A stretch of DNA of 61,235 bases, counting the filler, from Sphacelaria rigidula (lineage: Eukaryota), in the NCBI GenBank assembly GCA_964200075.2. It is 9 parts of 9 records of this genome, joined end to end, with 100 filler letters (N's around TTAATTAATTAA, not from the genome) between each part and the next. Parts side by side here need not be neighbours in the genome. Positions count along the whole stretch, not along the records: positions 54,522 to 61,235 come from CAXNAA020018461.1; 8 more parts are not named here. The stretch is one strand, 5' to 3'. A model generated the notes under the pieces. It saw only the letters and a program-made list of their open reading frames with translations. It was not told the origin of the DNA and searched no databases. Shown here one piece after another: positions 59,065 through 61,235 of the stretch; the stretch's first letter is position 1, and the number at the start of each line of letters is the position of its first letter. A program made the translations under genes and the position numbers.

Positions 59065-61235
59065 CTGCTCACACCACAACGCACACACGCACACATACAC
59101 AGTGAACACACGCACAAATTCTTGCCTTGTATATTTTGTCATGTTCTTCCCTTTTATTTCCTTCTTTGCTTCGTCTACTTTGTTTTGTCTTTTCTACCTT
59201 TTCTGTTTCCTTCACTTTTTCTTCGCCGACTGTTTTATTTTTTCCTTCTTTCTTATCTTGAGTATCCCCATCACGTGACCACGGCTTGACCCCCGGCGGA
59301 TGATAAAACACGCCACAATAAAAAAACGAGGCCTGAGAACACGACAAGCACATACGCTACACAACATATTACATACACTCGACATAATAATAGTTATCAA
59401 CAGAGCATTCTTTTCAAACCTTTGAAGTATCAGTTGGTTTGGTACGGATTCATTCGTTGTTGCATCTGTAAAAAAAAAGCGGAGACCGCAGTTCGCCCCC
59501 CTCCTCCTCCAAGTGCTTGCCCCCTGCAGACCTGGCGTTCGAGACTTCCTGCCTTATCACCACATACCAAGGTGGCTATAGTTAGCCAAGGCGGAACCTG
59601 CTTGTCCACCTTTGCTTCTTACACCACCTCATATGTGGAACCTCAGCGAGGGGCCGTCGACTGCCTGTTTCCCAGGACTTGTTACTAGCTCTTACCCTGG
59701 TGTCTAGCGTCGGTATACAGGCTGACCTCCCTACTCAACTCCCAAAAAATGTCACCGGTGTGAATAGGACCAACCGCAGCAAAGATTACCTCAGTACCTA
59801 GGTTTGCTGCAACAGTAAAGCCGTTCAGGAGCGCGCTGCGCGCTCCGATCGATTATTAAGGAACTATCATCATGGAAATAACCTTAGACGGTACACAAAA
59901 TTGGCAAAAAGTGTAACTGCGTACAGTACTATATCGAATATATCGTCCATAAGATGGCGAAAACTGTGCCCCGTGTACACCATCAAATATTTTGTCTTTG
60001 TTGCAATGGATACAATAGATTGAATCGACACTGTACGCAATACACTTTTTACCCATGAAGCTTTCTCCGTCCAAGGTGTAATCATTTTGCACTATCCTGA
60101 GACGTCGGATATGGTCTTGTGGCGGTGCTCGTTGGTCGCGGTTTGGCACAAAAATAGAGATACCTCATATCATGCTCGATTTGGCTGAAGATTGGTTGAT
60201 GGGCGTGCAGCTGGCCTCAAAGGCGAACACAGCGATACCTGTTTCGTCGACTTCCAACTCGTTGCCGTTCAAAAATCACTAACAAACACACATACTGGGG
60301 GAATATGTACAACTAAAATGTTGGAGATTTCTTCGCCCTTGTAAAGGCGTATCATGGGAATCCTTACGGAGGTGGAATTTGAATATTTGAGGAGAGATAC
60401 GCATCGACAGCTTGAGCGATACAGTTTACTGCAGTTCTTATATTTTCCATTCCGAAGATACGGGCGGATCGTTTTTCATTCTTCAACCAAATAGACTCAA
60501 CTCGAAAAATATGGGGGAGGGGGTGGGGAATGTACTCATGATTTCGCATGCCGTAGTCATGAGACCACTGCATCCCTACAAAGCCAAGACGTAGCACGCC
60601 GTGTTTTCACCGGATGAGGCTGAAAAATATGGAGGTGGTGTGCGGGGGGGGGGGGGTGCACTAACGATGGCCTTCAAATTATCGATAGGCACCCTTCAAA
60701 CCCCGTGTGAGGTATCTCCGAACTTTCAAACCTTGCGTGAGAGATCTCCGGGGACACTTCTGGGTTGACGTAATGAGACCAGCCTGTCTTGAGTTTGGTT
60801 TTGCTCTCTCTCTGTTTTCTACATCATTTCTGCCCCCTTGTCCCGAGGTCCCTCCAACGAGGGGGTGTTTCCGTTCACCTACCCCGGGTACGCACATCCA
60901 CCTTGTGACAACGACTCGATTCGTCGCGCATCAATTACGGTACATGAATCAACAAATCAGTCAACATAAAAATCAACCCCGTCGTTTAAACGACAGGGTT
61001 ACATATATAGTGAGATTGAGGTTAGGATTCGCCCGGCGTGTGGACGACTGCTGCCGAAGTAACAGGGTTATCTCCACCGTGTGTACGTGTCAAGCAGCAG
61101 CAGCCGCAGCAGCACGGGCAATACAACCACAACCACAACAATTTAAACAGAAGTACTGCGTCGAGCTCCCCCCCCCCCCCCCCCCCCCCCACCGGGAAGC
61201 AGCTCACCCCTCATCCGGCTCCCCCGACACACCCC

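Noticed and set aside
1..61235. CRISPR arrays, rRNA, prokaryotic operons or endogenous virus genes
   Set aside because: No repeat-spacer arrays, rRNA signatures or long intronless gene runs were seen.

Overview
This is eukaryotic, intron-rich DNA, almost certainly from a brown alga (Phaeophyceae): it has 72-nt LRR exons in a ROCO gene, kb-long GT-AG introns and RTE/SINE/MITE repeats. The window is not one locus. It is nine contigs of 6716, 7 x 6715 and 6714 bp, joined by identical 100-bp N/TTAATTAATTAA/N linkers, so nothing can be inferred across the gaps. Genes reconstructed by hand from splice sites and exon phase are: the 3' end of a rolling-stone-like membrane protein; the 3' part of a GCC2/GCC3 (ephrin-receptor-like) Cys-rich protein; part of an LRR-ROCO GTPase; LSM3 exons 1-2; the 3' part of an unknown 4-exon gene; a small secreted Cys-rich protein; and three exons of a CLC-6/7-type chloride transporter. 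The remainder is RTE LINE relics, two tRNA-derived SINE families, a gag-like relic and many MITE/foldback elements. The strongest signal is in the ROCO gene. Two ~1.2-kb duplicated cassettes each carry one 72-nt, phase-1 LRR exon. The intron DNA next to the exons is nearly identical, but the exons differ at 10 of 24 amino acids with only one purely synonymous change. This fits an exon-shuffled, diversifying immune-receptor module. All calls were made by eye; no searches were run.
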